Assembly: GCF_001194135.2 (NCBI RefSeq)
Contig: NC_069005.1
Coordinates: 566,521-630,520, forward strand
DNA: 64,000 nucleotides
Reading direction: 5' to 3'
From: Octopus bimaculoides
Lineage: Eukaryota
The position numbers and the translations under genes are program-made. Below are positions 1 through 14,893 of this stretch, piece by piece. The notes beneath the pieces were generated by a model. The model made no database searches, was not told the origin of the DNA, and worked only from the letters and a program-made list of their open reading frames with translations. Numbering within the stretch: position 1 is the stretch's first letter; each line of letters starts with the position of its first letter.

Positions 1-379
1 TGTCATTACAGTATCGAAATGTGATTGTTTCAGTTAGTGGAATAGTTTCATTTTTAAAGTGAAAGTATTTGACATGAGTGTTTTTGTTTCACTTTTGACA
101 TGTAATACTTAAATAGTGGAGGAGATATTATGTTGCCGTGGGCTCGAACTCTGCAAGAAGTTAAAAAATTTTTTTGACTAAAACACAACTGGAACCCTAA
201 GTAAGGCATGTGTAAAATTTGAATGAAATTGGTTGCGTAGTTCTCGAGTTTTAGGGATTCACACACACACACACATTCTCATTTATATATATATATATAT
301 ATTAACATGGCAAGACAAAGAAAAACCCTGGAATTAACTTCTTTTTTTTTTCCTGTACAGGGTGGTAGCATTAAGCAGT

Positions 380-554
380 GATGTGTATAAATACAACCTT
401 GTTACCAGTTTGAATATGCTTGAGACAGATTTGAGCCCATAAGGAAGCCATTCAGTAAGAACCCATACAAATATACAGTGAATGGTTTTTCTTCTGGGTT
501 CGAATATGCCTTGAGCATATTTGAATTGGTAACAAGTTTGTATTTATTCACATC
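380..554. mobile_element. MITE-like element with ~45-bp imperfect terminal inverted repeats
   Basis: 380-424 (gatgtgtataaatacaaccttgttacc...) is the reverse complement of 510-554 at about 84% identity; no ORF. Confidence 0.6.
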
Positions 555-1399
555 TTTCTGTTTGTGGAATTGTGGGAAGAACCTTCCAGTGGCCTTTTGA
601 GTTGAATCCTAACTTGTATCACGTAACCAAGAAAGACCAGTGATATCCATTGATTAGTTGTACAAAGTGTACGAGGACGGAAACCATTCCAATAACAGCT
701 GTTTCAGTAACAAAAAGAAAACAAAAAATCTATAGCAACAAGCTAAAATCATTGAGAAGAAAAAGGGGGGAAAAAAAGTCCTGCTTGACAAGCAAGTAGT
801 ATAAATACAGAATGAATGAGAGTACTAAGAGCCCACTTGATTTTTATGAAATCATGGATCAGGTCTAATAGAATAACAAAAAAGGAAATGAGACATTGAA
901 TAAGATGAGATAGTCATGGTTTGGATACTTTTCATTGGAACTCTACATAAGGAGGGCTGATTGGAGGCTGAGCAATAACAATATAAAAAAGAAAATGATT
1001 ACAAATCAAATTGGTGTCAAACCTAACGCCATCTCTCCATCCTAGGAGAGTCATGGGTGGGTAGAGTCCTCAGACACCTCCTTCATTGGGTCCTATCAGA
1101 AGCAGCCATCAATTAGACTTTCAGGCTGGATTGCCAAGCATAACCAACTGAGACTACAGATATTACTCAACTATATCACTCTTGGTCAACCCTTGCATCA
1201 CTTGCTGGTCATTCAATCTGCTAAAATAGTAGCCAAATCACTAAAATATTCTGGACATTAGATAATATGGTCCTAGATAAACTGTGCTTGAAAAACAAAA
1301 AGGAAAGCATTTCAAATGTGACCATCCCATTTATCTTTGATCCTGCTCCATCAGGTTTAACCCTTTTAACCTGTCCACCCAAGACTGCTGGCATAGCAA

Positions 1400-1590
1400 G
1401 GGGGATCTGGAAACTGAAGTTCTTCAGTTGCAACCTTCCACGGCAAACAAGGAAGAGGTCAGCCAGCAAAACAAAAACTACATCAATCAATTGCTTTATG
1501 ATGCTGGATGCACATTCCAAGAACTTTAAAATGCCATGGATGACAGAGTGGAATGCGAGGCGTGTAAGGAATGCCGAGAAATTCTTAAAC
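1400..1590 (+). mobile_element. RTE-clade LINE 3' end remnant
   Basis: With frameshifts reads HGKQGRGQPAK..YINQLLYDAGCTFQEL*NAMDDRVEC, the typical RTE ORF C-terminus. Confidence 0.65.
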
Positions 1591-2276
1591 CACTACATTA
1601 AAATTTCCTGTCAATTTTTGGTTCCTATCACCAGCTTCATAATGACAGTTCACTAAATTCTTTATTATTTTCAAAATTGGTTGAAATGTAGGCAGTGTAT
1701 TTCAACTGAAATATGGTAATTTGGTTCTGTGGTAGAAACTTTCTGTTTTAAAGTGAACTAAATTAGAATTTCCCATTAAAATTTTATATTACTTGATGTT
1801 CTAAACATCATCTGAACCCTTTTGGTAGCAGCCTCTCTGAGGATGTTCTTGGTTTTATGAGACAAACTTCTTGGTTTAAGATTAACTAAATTAAAACATT
1901 CCATTAAAATTTTATGTTAATTTTATACCAAACACCAGCTCAGTGTTGACAAAATTATTTCTTTGAATTTTTCATTGATTTCAAATCTGATGGACGCAAA
2001 GGCTGTGTATTTTGACAAGGAATATGGTAACAGAAGGCATTAATCATTAACAAGCGCTCCAAACACCAAAGAATTGCTGCTAAACCAAGTGTCGAAGCCA
2101 TGTCTTCTGATTGCCAGTTGTTGCTATTTTATTTCCTTGGGAAAGGCATGAATGTCACAACTTCTTTGCAGCTTTCCCTAGAGTCAATAAGGTTGATCAC
2201 TCTAACATCAAGTCAAACAATTAACAATTTAATCCATTAAAAAAAATCAGATGTGAATGGATGTGGGGGGGGGGGG

Positions 2277-2507
2277 NNNNNNNNNNNNNNNNNNNNNNNN
2301 NNNNNNNNNNNNNNNNNNNNNNNNNNNNNNNNNNNNNNNNNNNNNNNNNNNNNNNNNNNNNNNNNNNNNNNNNNNNNNNNNNNNNNNNNNNNNNNNNNNN
2401 NNNNNNNNNNNNNNNNNNNNNNNNNNNNNNNNNNNNNNNNNNNNNNNNNNNNNNNNNNNNNNNNNNNNNNNNNNNNNNNNNNNNNNNNNNNNNNNNNNNN
2501 NNNNNNN
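2277..2507. other. Assembly gap (N run)
   Basis: Ns preceded by poly-G; other gaps at 14681-14690, 27964-28089, 32397-32431, 44897-44906 and 51287-51296. Confidence 1.
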
Positions 2508-3569
2508 CCAGCCTTCTCTCTCTCAACACAACACATACTCACAATTGGTTGCACACTTCCTGATTGTTGCTGTTCAAATAAAAAGACACCTGTCCAGTCT
2601 CAAATCCAGGTGAAAGAAGAAGACTCAACTGAGGGCTACATCCCCTTCTCATAAAAGCTAGGGACCCCTCAAAGGAAACCTTTGCAGACAAGGTAGGCAT
2701 GGATGGATTATTGTGCAATGCAATATATAGGACAGACAGGAAAGTAAGGAGTTTGCTTCCCAATTACATGGTTTTGGGTTCAGTTCTAGTGCATAACACC
2801 TTGGGCAAGTATCCTATAGCCCCAGAGCCAGTGAATGGATTTGGTAAATAGAAACTGAAAGAAGCCTGTTGTATATTTATATGTATCTGTGTCCTTGTCT
2901 TGACATCACATGATGGTTGTAAAGGAGTGTCATTCATTTTCAGTCTTTCATGTAAACCTGTCGAGCCATAGAGAAATATTATCTTACTTGGAAACAAGTG
3001 AGGGTTAGCAACAGGAAAGGCATCTGGCTGTAGGAGATCTACCCAAATGATTTTTGCCTTTGCAAACATAGTAAAGTAGACATTAAAATGATGATGATGA
3101 GAGCCACTAGGGTATCAGGGTACCATCCAACTATTTGTGATGTCCATGTTTTATCATTTCGATTGTACTGTGCCCTTTAGGTCAAAGACATTTAACTCAA
3201 TGGCTCAACCCATTCCATGCAGAGGCATAATCAGTATGGCACTGTATCATTAATGTGTTTGTCATTTCACAGTATCTTCCATTGTTCTTATCTCGAGGCA
3301 TTAAGCTAGCAGAATTAAAGCACAGGAAAATTGCTTTGCAATATTTGTTCCAACTCCTTATATTCCAAGTTCAAATCTTGCCAAGGTCAGTTTTGTCTTT
3401 CATCTTTTTGGGGTTGATAAAATAAAGTTCCAGATAGGAGAGCATCAGTTGATGGTGTCCATTGATGCCTTGCCCTCAAAATTGCAGGTCTTCTGCCTAA
3501 ATTCTTCATCTGAAATTGTAATAAAATTCATGAAATTATAACAAAGCTTTTGTTATTTCATCCATCCAG

Positions 3570-3650
3570 GGTCAGTAACCAAGGGCAAACCCCACCACCA
3601 CAGGTAAAGTCTACAGAGGATGAGGGAGACAAAATCACTGTTGTACTCAG
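3570..3650 (+). CDS. KIF12: KIF12-like exon (VSNQGQ...[10 protein letters not shown])
   Basis: ccatccag acceptor, gtgaga donor; phase 2/2; encodes the start of the motor domain. Confidence 0.8.
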
Positions 3651-4530
3651 GTGAGAATTTTATTATTCTGTTCCCTGGTAACTTCTGACTCCCATCTCTC
3701 ATCTTTTAATGCATAGAATAAACCTGAACAGGACACTGTGCAATCTGCTTGACCTCACCAACTTGCTCTCTGTATTATTTACTGTATTTTCTGGTATTTA
3801 GGTTGAATTTTTCAGACTAAAATTTACAGCCAAAAAAGGTTGATTGACTTTGAAGGACCAAAAATTCCATGTGAAATGCTGCTGGATTTGGAAAGAGAGA
3901 AATGATTTTTGAATATTTACCTTATATAGTATGTCACTTTATATACAGTAGTTTGTAAATAAATATATAAATTGACTCTTAAATGAAGATAATAGTAAAG
4001 TGGTAGTAAAGCAAGACATTTTTATTAAAATTCAACTGTTAACAATGAGAAGAAATCATAAAAACTGTTATTTAAATTATTTTGATCAAAAATGGCAAGG
4101 GAGATGGTCTTGAAATTTTACTTAACATCAATTATTAAATATAAAATAGAGAAATTCACTTATATATAGAATTTATATAGAGTGAGACTGGTTGACACCA
4201 GTATGGGACAAATTCGTACATGTTTCAGTCTAATTAAATCTCATCAGTTAAGCAGATCCTAACAATAACTGACAAAAGTGACATCGGGCTTTTTCATGAA
4301 TAAACACTGAAAGGAGATAAGTTAAAAGAGTGACTGGAGAATAAAAGCTCCATGGACACCAGCTGCAGGGAATGCATTTGATTACAAGTTTGTTCAATCA
4401 GGGATGACCTGGGGTCAGACAACAACAAAGTAAGCATATCTCCCCACACACACACACATACACACAGTTACACACATACAGAAGACAAACATTCTAGTAA
4501 TTGCCTCTTCAACATCTCCATAATGTCCAC

Positions 4531-4572
<42 letters not shown>

Positions 4573-7500
4573 GAAGTCAAAGAACAAAATGTGTTGATAA
4601 CAGGTAGAGAGAGAGAGAGAGAGCCTTGTCACCAAAGAAGGCTGACCTGTTTCTTGGCTCTCCTGTAATCCCATATAATCCAACAAGTCTCCATGGGGGG
4701 ATTAATATTATGGCTTTCCTCTTTTCCTGCTTTGTTTAAATATTCCCATTATTTCAAAATTGTTATCACCCATCTGCAATAAACAATAATCTAGTCTACT
4801 TCAGTTTAGTGGCATTTAAACCGTAGCGGAGGGACTCGGTTCATTGTACTTCCTCAGTGCCATGGGGATTGATCGGGGGAAACAACACTCATGCTGTTGA
4901 ACACATTGCTCTCCAGCCAATATAAAAGTAAATTATGGCTTTCACGACCTTTTATTGATCGTTTCATAGCAATCGTAAAACATGTTGTTCTATGAAATTT
5001 ATTTAAAACCTCTTGTTATTGTATTTCTGTTGAAATACTCTACCCTCGTTACAATTAATTTAAATAAAGAAACTTACTAAAATAACTTTTGTTATTATGA
5101 TGCTTGTGTTTGGAACATAAAAATTAAGATAAAATTTTCATAAAAGATTTTAATTTAAATCCTTTCAACACAGGATGTTTGTGTCATAGAACCAAGAGGA
5201 ATGGTCACGGGTGGATTGGGTGTGAAAAGGGTTAGCTTTAGTTTTCTGGATAGGGCATTGAATTAGTTAGAGTCATTAGAACATGGAAGAATAAAATACC
5301 TTCTGGCATTTGTTTTGGTTCTCTGAGCAGTGTTCAAATCTAGCCATGGTCACCTATGCTTTTGATTTTTTTTTTTTTTTGGTCTCAGGGTTGATAAAAT
5401 AAAGTAACATTTTTGAGCAGCAGATTGACAGAATGAACTGCTTTGCTAATTCTCAGACAGTTTGCTTTGCATTTTCCTCAACTACGATTTTCAGAAGCTC
5501 AATAATGTGAGAGCCTAGTCATCCATAATGAGTGTATATAGTGCCATCTATAAATATGAGTGTATATATAGTGACAACGGTAATAATGGGTGTATATATA
5601 GTGACAATGGTAATAATGGGTGTATGTATTGTGACAACTGTAATAACTGGCTTCACTTCATTTATTTTTTTTGGCATTGTTTTGGTCATTGTTTCAATCT
5701 CAACAGGGTACGACCTCTGACACCCTCAGAAATCAGTCGCAAAGACAGTAACATCATCACATTTCAAGACAGCTGTTCTCTTTTGGTATGTACTTCATTC
5801 TAGAACAATAATCATTTAATACTTGTGTGTGTGAGAGAGAGAGAACAAGTAAGAGTGTGTGTGTGTGTGTGTGTGTGTTTGCCCTTTGTTTTGACATCAT
5901 GCAAATGTGCATCACGCTCATACAAGCAGTGTTGTTTGTTTCCAGTCAAAAAAAAATGTTTGGCCCTGGGGGAATATGAGCTTGCTCGGTAAGAGGTGAG
6001 GGTCACCAGCAGGAAGAGCATCCGTCCATAGAAGATCAGACTCAGCAAATTCCATCTAACCTGTGGAAGAAGCATGGAAAAGTAGACATTAAAAACAATG
6101 ACTATGCTATGACATCACAGATGTTGGTGTTGCTGTCAGCTTTATTAAACTAATCTAATTAACATATTCTCCTTCTACAGTTTCTAGCAAAGCTTATCCC
6201 AAATGTCATGGGCTTCCCTCTCAGTGTATTGCAGATTTATTTAAATGTTCTGATTTTGTGATTTACAAATCAAGGCCTAAACCAGCCACAGAGAAAATGT
6301 AGATTACTCTCTGACCCTCACTGGGTTGACGGTTTGGTGTTGGTTGAGCACAGGCCACATGGCCACAGCAGATGAGGAGGATGGGGACTGATGGTAACTC
6401 TGTTCAACAGGTCTCCTGAGAGGACCCGGGAATATACCAACAAATGGTGAATGCCCGCATACCTCACCTTCTTTCACCCTACAAAACAGAGCTGCAGTCA
6501 GTAGCCCTTGATATAGCCCTTCCAGCATAGGTTCAGAAAGTTAAAGGCCCTCTGATCACTAGACTACTACCCTGGACAAAATACTGCAGCTTCACAGCGT
6601 TCAACCACTTACATACATTAAGTATGCCATATAAATAATGTTTATTTTTTATATTGCATTGTACAAAGCACTCTGTAAAGTGGTTGGTGTTAGGAAAGGC
6701 GTCCGACCATAGAAACCGTACCAGAACAGACAATGGAGCCTGGTGTGACCCTTGGCCTTACCAGTTCTTGTCAAACCATCCGAACCATGGCTAACAGAGG
6801 TTAAGTGATGAAAGCAGTTGCAGAGTAACTCTTGCCACTTTAGCTGCTTGGTTGACTAATAATGGCTCTGCTCATAACAAGAAGGGGGTCCCAGTTATCA
6901 GTGATGTTTGCTCTTGAAGTGTTCAAATATTGGAACTTGTTGAAACCGTTTCTACCCACCATTGCTGACAAACAAACAGGAAAAAGAAAGAAAAAGGAAA
7001 AAAGGAGAACAGTTTTATGCAAACAGACCTGATTGGTTGGTTGAGAGTGAAGTCATACCCCAGCTGATGATGTTGATTGTGATGGAGGACTTTGGGGTTG
7101 GGCAGTATATCTATCTATCTGTCTAGCTGTCTGTCTCTCTCTCTCTCTCTCTTTCTATGTCTGTCTGTCTGTCTCTCTCTTTCTCTCTCCACATACATTG
7201 TGTGAAGATAGAATAATATTTTAGAAAAATGTTCTGTGAAAGCAAATTCTTCATCATCATCATCATTGTTTCTAATTTAAGGCACAAAGCTTGTAAACTT
7301 GAGGGGAGGGGCATTTGTTGATACCATTGGCCTTAGTACTTGACAGGTATCTTATTGACCCAGGAGGGAAGAAATGTAAAGTTGACTTCTACAAGATTTG
7401 AACTCAGAACATATATTGCTAATTTGTCCAACTGCTTATCACCTTTTTTTCTTTTTTTTTTATAACAGTTTCTGATTTAGATCTGGAACAAACACCATGA

Positions 7501-9355
7501 GGCATTTTATCCAATGCTATAATGAGTGGAGGTGTGTGGCCTCGTGGTTAGGTGTTGCACTCACAATCACCAGCCTGGGCAGCATGTTGTGTTCTTAAGC
7601 AAGACACTTCATTTCACTTTGCTCTAGTACTGTGTGGGACCAGCATGCCAAAGAATAGACCCAACATTTTTCTCTGCATGTCATAAAATCTGATCAAAAG
7701 ACATTGAGGTAGGATTTGCCCTTTGACTTTGCAAAACCCTCACCAGCAACGACAACCTAAAAAGCAGAGCCAGGGGTTGGAGGATTGTTTGCCTGAATGG
7801 GGCAGAGGGGTGTCATCTGGCAGGAGTAGAGTAGGGAGTCACCAACAAATGGTGGATGCAACATGCTGTTACAGTGCATGCTCCCTTACTACTACTATAA
7901 CGATTCTGTTAATCCACCATCTTTAATAAAATGATAATAAAGCTCACAATGTACAGTGTGCACCACCCTAGAAGACCAAGAAGGGAAGGATGCTGAGAAT
8001 TACTTAACACAGAAGACACTGTTAGTATTACAATACTGGGTTTGAAAAATCTATGGTGTACATGGGGAAGAAAGAATACTAACAGTGGCTAGAAATGTGT
8101 AAGTAATTACTGAAACAGTAGGAGAGTTTAAGAACAGAAGGAAGAACAACAGAACAAATGGCTGTGAAGGAATAACATGGCTGAAAAGGAGACAAAAGTA
8201 TTGATCGTCTGTTGAGTGAATGCAGTAAGCTAGCACAAAAGGAGTGTATAAGAGCAGGCATCACTGTGTTGGTGAAAGAACCCTTGAAACCTGTGTCCTT
8301 ATCATGGCTACAGTCCAAACACAGAAAGTGTGTGTGTGTGTGTGTTTGTATTTGCTGTTACAATACATGTAAATATTTTGCAGATTAACCAGGGTCACAA
8401 CCAGAAGAAATTCTCATTTGATGCTGTCTTTAAGCCAGAAGCTGATCAGGAAGTAGTTTTTGAAGAGTCGGGAATACAAAAACTCATTCAAATGGCAGTA
8501 GAAGGGTAAAGTATCACTCGATGGCTTGTCCATTGTCGTTTCTAGATCGTGTGTGGCAGTGCTTTATTCAACTGGGTGGGGGTTACAGTTGAGAAGGAGG
8601 AGGTTTTCTGCTAAGAGATGAGGGGTGAAAGTATGAGAGAAGTAACCTGGGACAGGTTTGTTGCTGTAGAGGTGCCACAAAGGTAATCACATTACAGAAG
8701 AGAGGATGGGGGGGGGGGAACCAGGTTGATGCTGGAGAGAGAGAGAGAGAGAGAATGATAATGACGAGATGCCAGGGTGGAGTTTGAAGGTACAAGAAGG
8801 TGAATAGAGGTGAGCGAGGATGGAACTAATGGCAGTGTGGGTGGGTCGGATGTGCAAGAATGTATAGGGAGAGTGGGGAATGGTTAGAGTTGGTGTAGGG
8901 ATGAAGGGAGAATATAAGGAAAGATAATGTTAGAATTCATAAGACTTTTTCAAGCTGCAGTGATTGTGATGGTCTTTGAGGACCAGTAAGTGAACCTTGA
9001 ACCTAGGGTTCCAATTTACCATTCATTTTCTTCCATCTTTTATAGGTATTCCTGTTTGGTGCTAGCGTATGGACAAACAGGATCAGGTAAAACACACACA
9101 ATGGTGGGATCATCAACACAGGTAGGTTGTTCTTTGTTTTTTGAGGATTTTTTTTTAACACCACACAAATTCTGAGAATTTCTCTTGAAGATAACAATTC
9201 CCATTGGATTTTTCCTAACATCACCATTATTGCCTTCACTTCTATTGTAAGAACCAACACCAGTTTCAGATAAAAAGCATAATAGAATGTCTAAAGAAGA
9301 AAAGTCATTATGGAATCAGATTGATTATTGGGTCAAGTGTGTGTGTGTGTATGTG

Positions 9356-9435
<80 letters not shown>

Positions 9436-12400
9436 GGCCTGAACAGTATATTTGTCATTAGCTTTTGAGTGGTGGTAGCTCGAGACTTCAAGCTTAAGTA
9501 GCGTGAGAACTGTATTTGTGTCGGGTGAAACAACAATAAATAAACCAACAGTCCAGCGAGGTAGGTCTGTCTCTGTTGTTTCACACCATAACTTGGCATA
9601 GCTTCAACTCTGGGAGCAAGAAAAGGAAAAAGGAGAAAAAAAATCTATAGAAAGAACATAAATAAAAGGTACCTACTTAGACAGCTGCTATAATAACCAA
9701 AGCAAAGGGGGGACACATACACACACACACATTTACTGTTTATTGTTTTATGTTTCTAAAATGGATGATTTGCACTTCTTGCTTTTTGCAGGCATTTCTA
9801 AAAACTGACGTATTTGGTGTTGTTCAAAGAGCAATTCATTATTTATTCTCAGTTTTTGAGCAGCAAGTTAATATCGAATACACAGTGAAGGCTTCCCATG
9901 CAGAAATTTACAATGAACAGGTATGACAAAATTGAAGCTGATACACATTTCATATTGGTTGAAGAAACTATGAGAGTCAGTTTTCTTGACAGGGTAACAC
10001 ACTATCCCACAATGCATTTGCAATGACTGCTCCAATATCAAAACTTGAGATATTTGATTGAACTGTGGAAGAAGAAGACATCCATTTGGCTTTAATCCCT
10101 TTTGTTATGATATTTCTATTGAAATAAAACTGCTTTTAATTTTGAAAGTAAAGAAAAATTCAATAAAATAACTTTGCCGTTATTAATCTAGAATTTGGAA
10201 TATAAATTAACAGTGGTTGGTGTTAGGAAGGGTGTTCAGCCATAGAAAACCCTGCCAAATCAGACAAATGGAGCCTGGTGCAACCTTCCTGCTTGCCAGC
10301 CCTGGTCAAACTGCCCAACCCATGCCAGCATGGACAATGGACGTTAAATGATGATGATGATGATATTGATTGCTGGCATAGACACAGTATTTCATTTTGC
10401 AACCCTCATATACTACCAGCTACATTACAGCTTTACAAGTCAATATTGTGTCTCATCTTGTGTTAGCAGTGCAATATTCTCATTTACTGATAACACAAAG
10501 TGAAACTCAATATTGACTTGTAAACTTCTAATATAATTGGTAGTATATTAGGATTGCAAAATGAAATATTGTATACTTACCAGCAATTAAAATGTTGAAT
10601 AATGTTAATCTAAAATGATGTAATTTTTACCAAACCAAATATTATAAAAAGCTTATGATTAACTCACTGATTCTGCCATGCCTTGTTAACACACACACAC
10701 ACACACACACACAACAAACCTATTAAACTTGACATAACATCTGCACAGTTAAATGACTTAATCCTTGTTCTATTTTAGATTATTGACCTGTTGAATCCCC
10801 AACCATGGCGCCATTTAGCTCTCCGCTGGTCTAAGAAGAAGAATTTCTATGTAGAGAATCTCTTCCAAGTGGAATGTGAATCAGTGAATAAATTGCTGTC
10901 AGTCTTGGAGGAAGGTGAGGACAGGGTGGAGTTTGCAGTCAGTCAATCTGTCAATCAATTTTCGTCATCGTCATCATTATCATCATCACCACTGTTGTCA
11001 TTATTATTATCATTGTAGCCATCATCATCATTGATATACATTATTTACATTCAACGCCTTTGTGAAGGTTATACAAAGGCGAAACCTGTTGCCCCCTCAA
11101 AATAAGGGTAGAGGAACATCACAAAGCTGTGACACGGGGAGATATTGATAAATCGGCTATAGCTGATCATGTATGGAAAAATGGAGACCCCCCCCCCCAA
11201 GTGGGATGAAGTTACCTTTTTTTCAATGAGTTTTGATGCATCTAAGCATTGTAGACAAGAAGCTCGTTATTATTGGCAAACTGAAAAAGTCATAAAAACA
11301 TCAGGAAGAAAATGCTTTGCAGTATTTCTGAGTTCAAATCCCACTGACGTTACTTATTATCTTTCATCCTTCTGAAGCCAGTCAAGTACTGGCCAGTCCC
11401 TGTTGTGGTGTGGTGGCTTGAATGCCTCAGTAACCCTGGGAGTTATGCCAACAGAGCACAAGCTCATGGTTAGGTGTCCCCTTGCTGGATCAGTCAGCCA
11501 GATTAAGAGGAACAACATCTTCCAAGAAGTAAAAATGGGTTTGTGTAGCGTTAACATCCCTACCTAGGAAAAAAAGCAAAGTTACAGAAGCATCAATGAC
11601 AATTCCAAACCAATAAGATCCAAGAGGGGACAGAATCAAGAAAGAAGCAAATAGTTGTTGATGGTCTCTGTACGATAAGGAATGAATTGCTTTAAGCAAG
11701 TCAAATAGTCAGGTTGATGGTATCAACCAGTCCAACCCCTCACTTCAGAATTGTTGGTTTTGTACTTGATTTAGAAACTGTTATTATTTATTTTTATTTT
11801 CTTACAGGATCGAGGAACCGTCATGTTGGGAGCCATCGTGCCAATGAGCTTTCAAGTCGTAGCCATGCCATTTTCACAATCAGCATTGCGTCAAAGATAC
11901 GAGATCCTACTGATTCTGGTCTTTGGTTGACACGGAAGGGAAAGTTAATCTTCACAGACCTTGCAGGTAATTTAGCATCTTAATAAAGTTCTAGGTTTTA
12001 AAGCCAAGGCTTTCTATTAGGAAGAGCATTGGCTTTGGTTAAAATATAAGAAAAGGTAGTTGATGCTTACCTTCGTTGAATAGAAAAGGGGTCTTGCCCC
12101 ATGCACAAACGAAACCCTCCACTCTGAATGGAACTTGATGCTATGACCGTGAAACTTGGCAGGTGTGTTTGGAAGATCTGAAGAAATTAAAAGACAGGTG
12201 AAGGTTGCCTTGGGAACAAGTAGAAAGATAGGACTTAAGAAAATTCGGGCTCTAAAAGACAAGATGACATGGAACTGCTGCTGGTGGTGGTTGTAGTATT
12301 GATAGGGTGGTTGTTGTGGTAATAGTAGAAGGAGAGGAAAAGACTTTTTCTACAACCACTAGTATACTTAATATCATAATACAGTAATATAATAATATAC

Positions 12401-13025
12401 TACTACTGTGCTAATATTGTAATATAATAGTAAATTGTGTTTGTAATTTTCAGGAAGTGAGAAAGTAAGAAATTCCTGCCTGTCTGAAGACATATTAACA
12501 GAATCAAACAGTATTAATAAAAGTCTGTTAGTCTTAGGTAAGTATAGGGAGAGGGCATTATTGCCTTCTGCCCCCTGTCTGGCACTTATTTTTATGTTCT
12601 CTGTTTATTGAACTGCTAAATGTGTGGTTAAGAAGTTGAAGTTGCTTAGTAACCACTGTGTGCCATATTGTGCAAATGTCTTCTGCTGGAGCCCCAAGTC
12701 ATCTGATGCATTGTCAGTGAATCTTGTAGATGGTAACTGTACAAAGCATGTTACACACACACACACATTTCTGTGTGTGTGTGTGTGTCATTGTCGTTGT
12801 TTTAATGTCGACCTGCCTATGTTCACATGAGTTGGACAGAATTTGTTGAAGCAGATTTTCTAATGCCAGATGTCCTTCTGTTGCCAACTTTTCACCTGTT
12901 TCCGAGAAAAGGGATAGTTTCCTAAGGTCAGACATGTTTTTTTTATGGAAGACTGGAAACAAACAACATTGCTTCTATGAGGATGATTCTCATTAAGAAC
13001 CATTATTTGATGTCAAAATAACACT

Positions 13026-13058
<33 letters not shown>

Positions 13059-14848
13059 CACACACACACACACACACTTGGCAGGCGTTTTTCAGTTTCT
13101 CTACCAAATCCTCTCACAAGGCTTGGGTTGGCCCAGGTGCTGTGCAGTGGGACTAAACCCAGGCCTACAGAGTTGGGAAGCAACCTTCTTAACCACACAA
13201 CAATGGCTGCACCTATTTTCTTTGAAATTAATACTTTTTAATTCCATCTTTTTCTCTAGGAAAGTGTATTTCCAGTCTGAGTGACCCAAAGAAGAAATAT
13301 GGACATATACCCTATCGAGATAGCAAACTCACCAAGCTACTTTCAGAGAGTTTGAGTGGAGCTGGAGTGGTTTTGCTGGTAAAAGTCACTAAATTTTTTT
13401 TTTCTTAACCTAAAATTTAAATCTATTGAATGTAAATGAAATAAGTACAAATTTTCTTGGCATTATTTGTTAGTCATATGAAGACATTTTGTAATTATTG
13501 AGAACAAATTAAGTAGAAAGAATTAGACCACTTCATCAAAAAGTTGACATCAAAGCAGTGCTCCAGCATGGCCACAGTCTAATGACTGAAACAAGTGTTT
13601 AAAAAAACCGGTAAAAGATAGGTTTGTGTAGCACCTCAGGTCATTCTAGGTGGCAGAACAAGTAGAGAAAAATGAGACCATCTACCATGGAAGTGTGTGA
13701 CCTAATTCCATGTGGCACCATAGGTTCTGTAAGGAAACATAGAAGAGGGATGAGGGACCATTTTACAAAGCAGTGACAAAGCTATATGTGGACTGCTGAA
13801 TGGTTCTGCCTAGGGTTCAATTCAGCAATGGAGATTTTCTAGAAGGTTCAACCAGATTTGTCAGGAAGATTTCAACTCCCTTCATTATGTAGCAGCCATT
13901 TTGATTGGTTCATCTAAGTTCAGAAAGGTGCTAATACTTTTTAGAGCAACACAGATAAGTTTTCATAACTGACTTTGTCCATTATGGATGGTGGGCTGAG
14001 GAACCTGCATGCAGTGGTTCAAAACCCAGCAAGAGTCTTGTTATACATGCAACCAAAAACGGATACCAGTGGACTCCCCTGGCACTTAACTGATTGGAGA
14101 TTGGACTGGTGTTCCATTCCAGAGTGAATCCTTTACTTTTAACCTAAACACCTTGAAAATCTGGGTGAGATCCAGTTTTATGAGTTTGTAGGATTGAAAC
14201 AGACATTTTTCTTACTCCAACAAAATTGACTTGAAAAATGGTCCAAAAGAAATCATTATTTGTTAAGTTTAGTGTCAGCATATTTAATGGTTACACTCCA
14301 AGTTTTTAGCTTTTAATTTCCTTTTTTTAGTTTTTCTTTGTCTAACTTCATCACTCTTCAGCTCACTTCAATACCACCACCACCACCATTATCATCTTCA
14401 TCATCATCATCATCGTCGTCATCAATTCACTGTTTACACTCCCCCACCACCACCACCACTAATATTCTCTCCTGGCAATGTAACACAGCTACAGCAACAA
14501 CATAATCACACCCACAAAGCTTTTAACCCCTATCTCCTTCCCTTCGTTGCAATCAAATCCCCCCCCCCATCTAACTTTACTCTGTTGGTGGTTCAAGTGT
14601 ATGCAATATCTGCAGACTGCATCTGCACATTTCGCTGCATGATGCTGCTGCAAATGTTGCATATCACTGACAACCCCCCCNNNNNNNNNNAGAAAACAAA
14701 TACACCCATACCCACAACCAATTACTCCATATTTTCTACCATTCTATTCTTTAGCTTTTATCTTTGAGGGAGACAAATGTGTGTGTGTGTGTGTGTGTGT
14801 ATAGATATATGTACACATCTGTCTGGCTGTATATCTATGTGCTTATGT

Positions 14849-14893
<45 letters not shown>

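Noticed and set aside
1267-1656. 129-aa ORF (MVLDKLCLK...) and the opposing 99-aa ORF
   Set aside because: Off-frame readings of a decayed RTE LINE end; the recognisable motif lies in other, frameshifted frames
2221-2654. Long ORFs spanning N runs (also 27757-28164)
   Set aside because: Artefacts of translating assembly gaps
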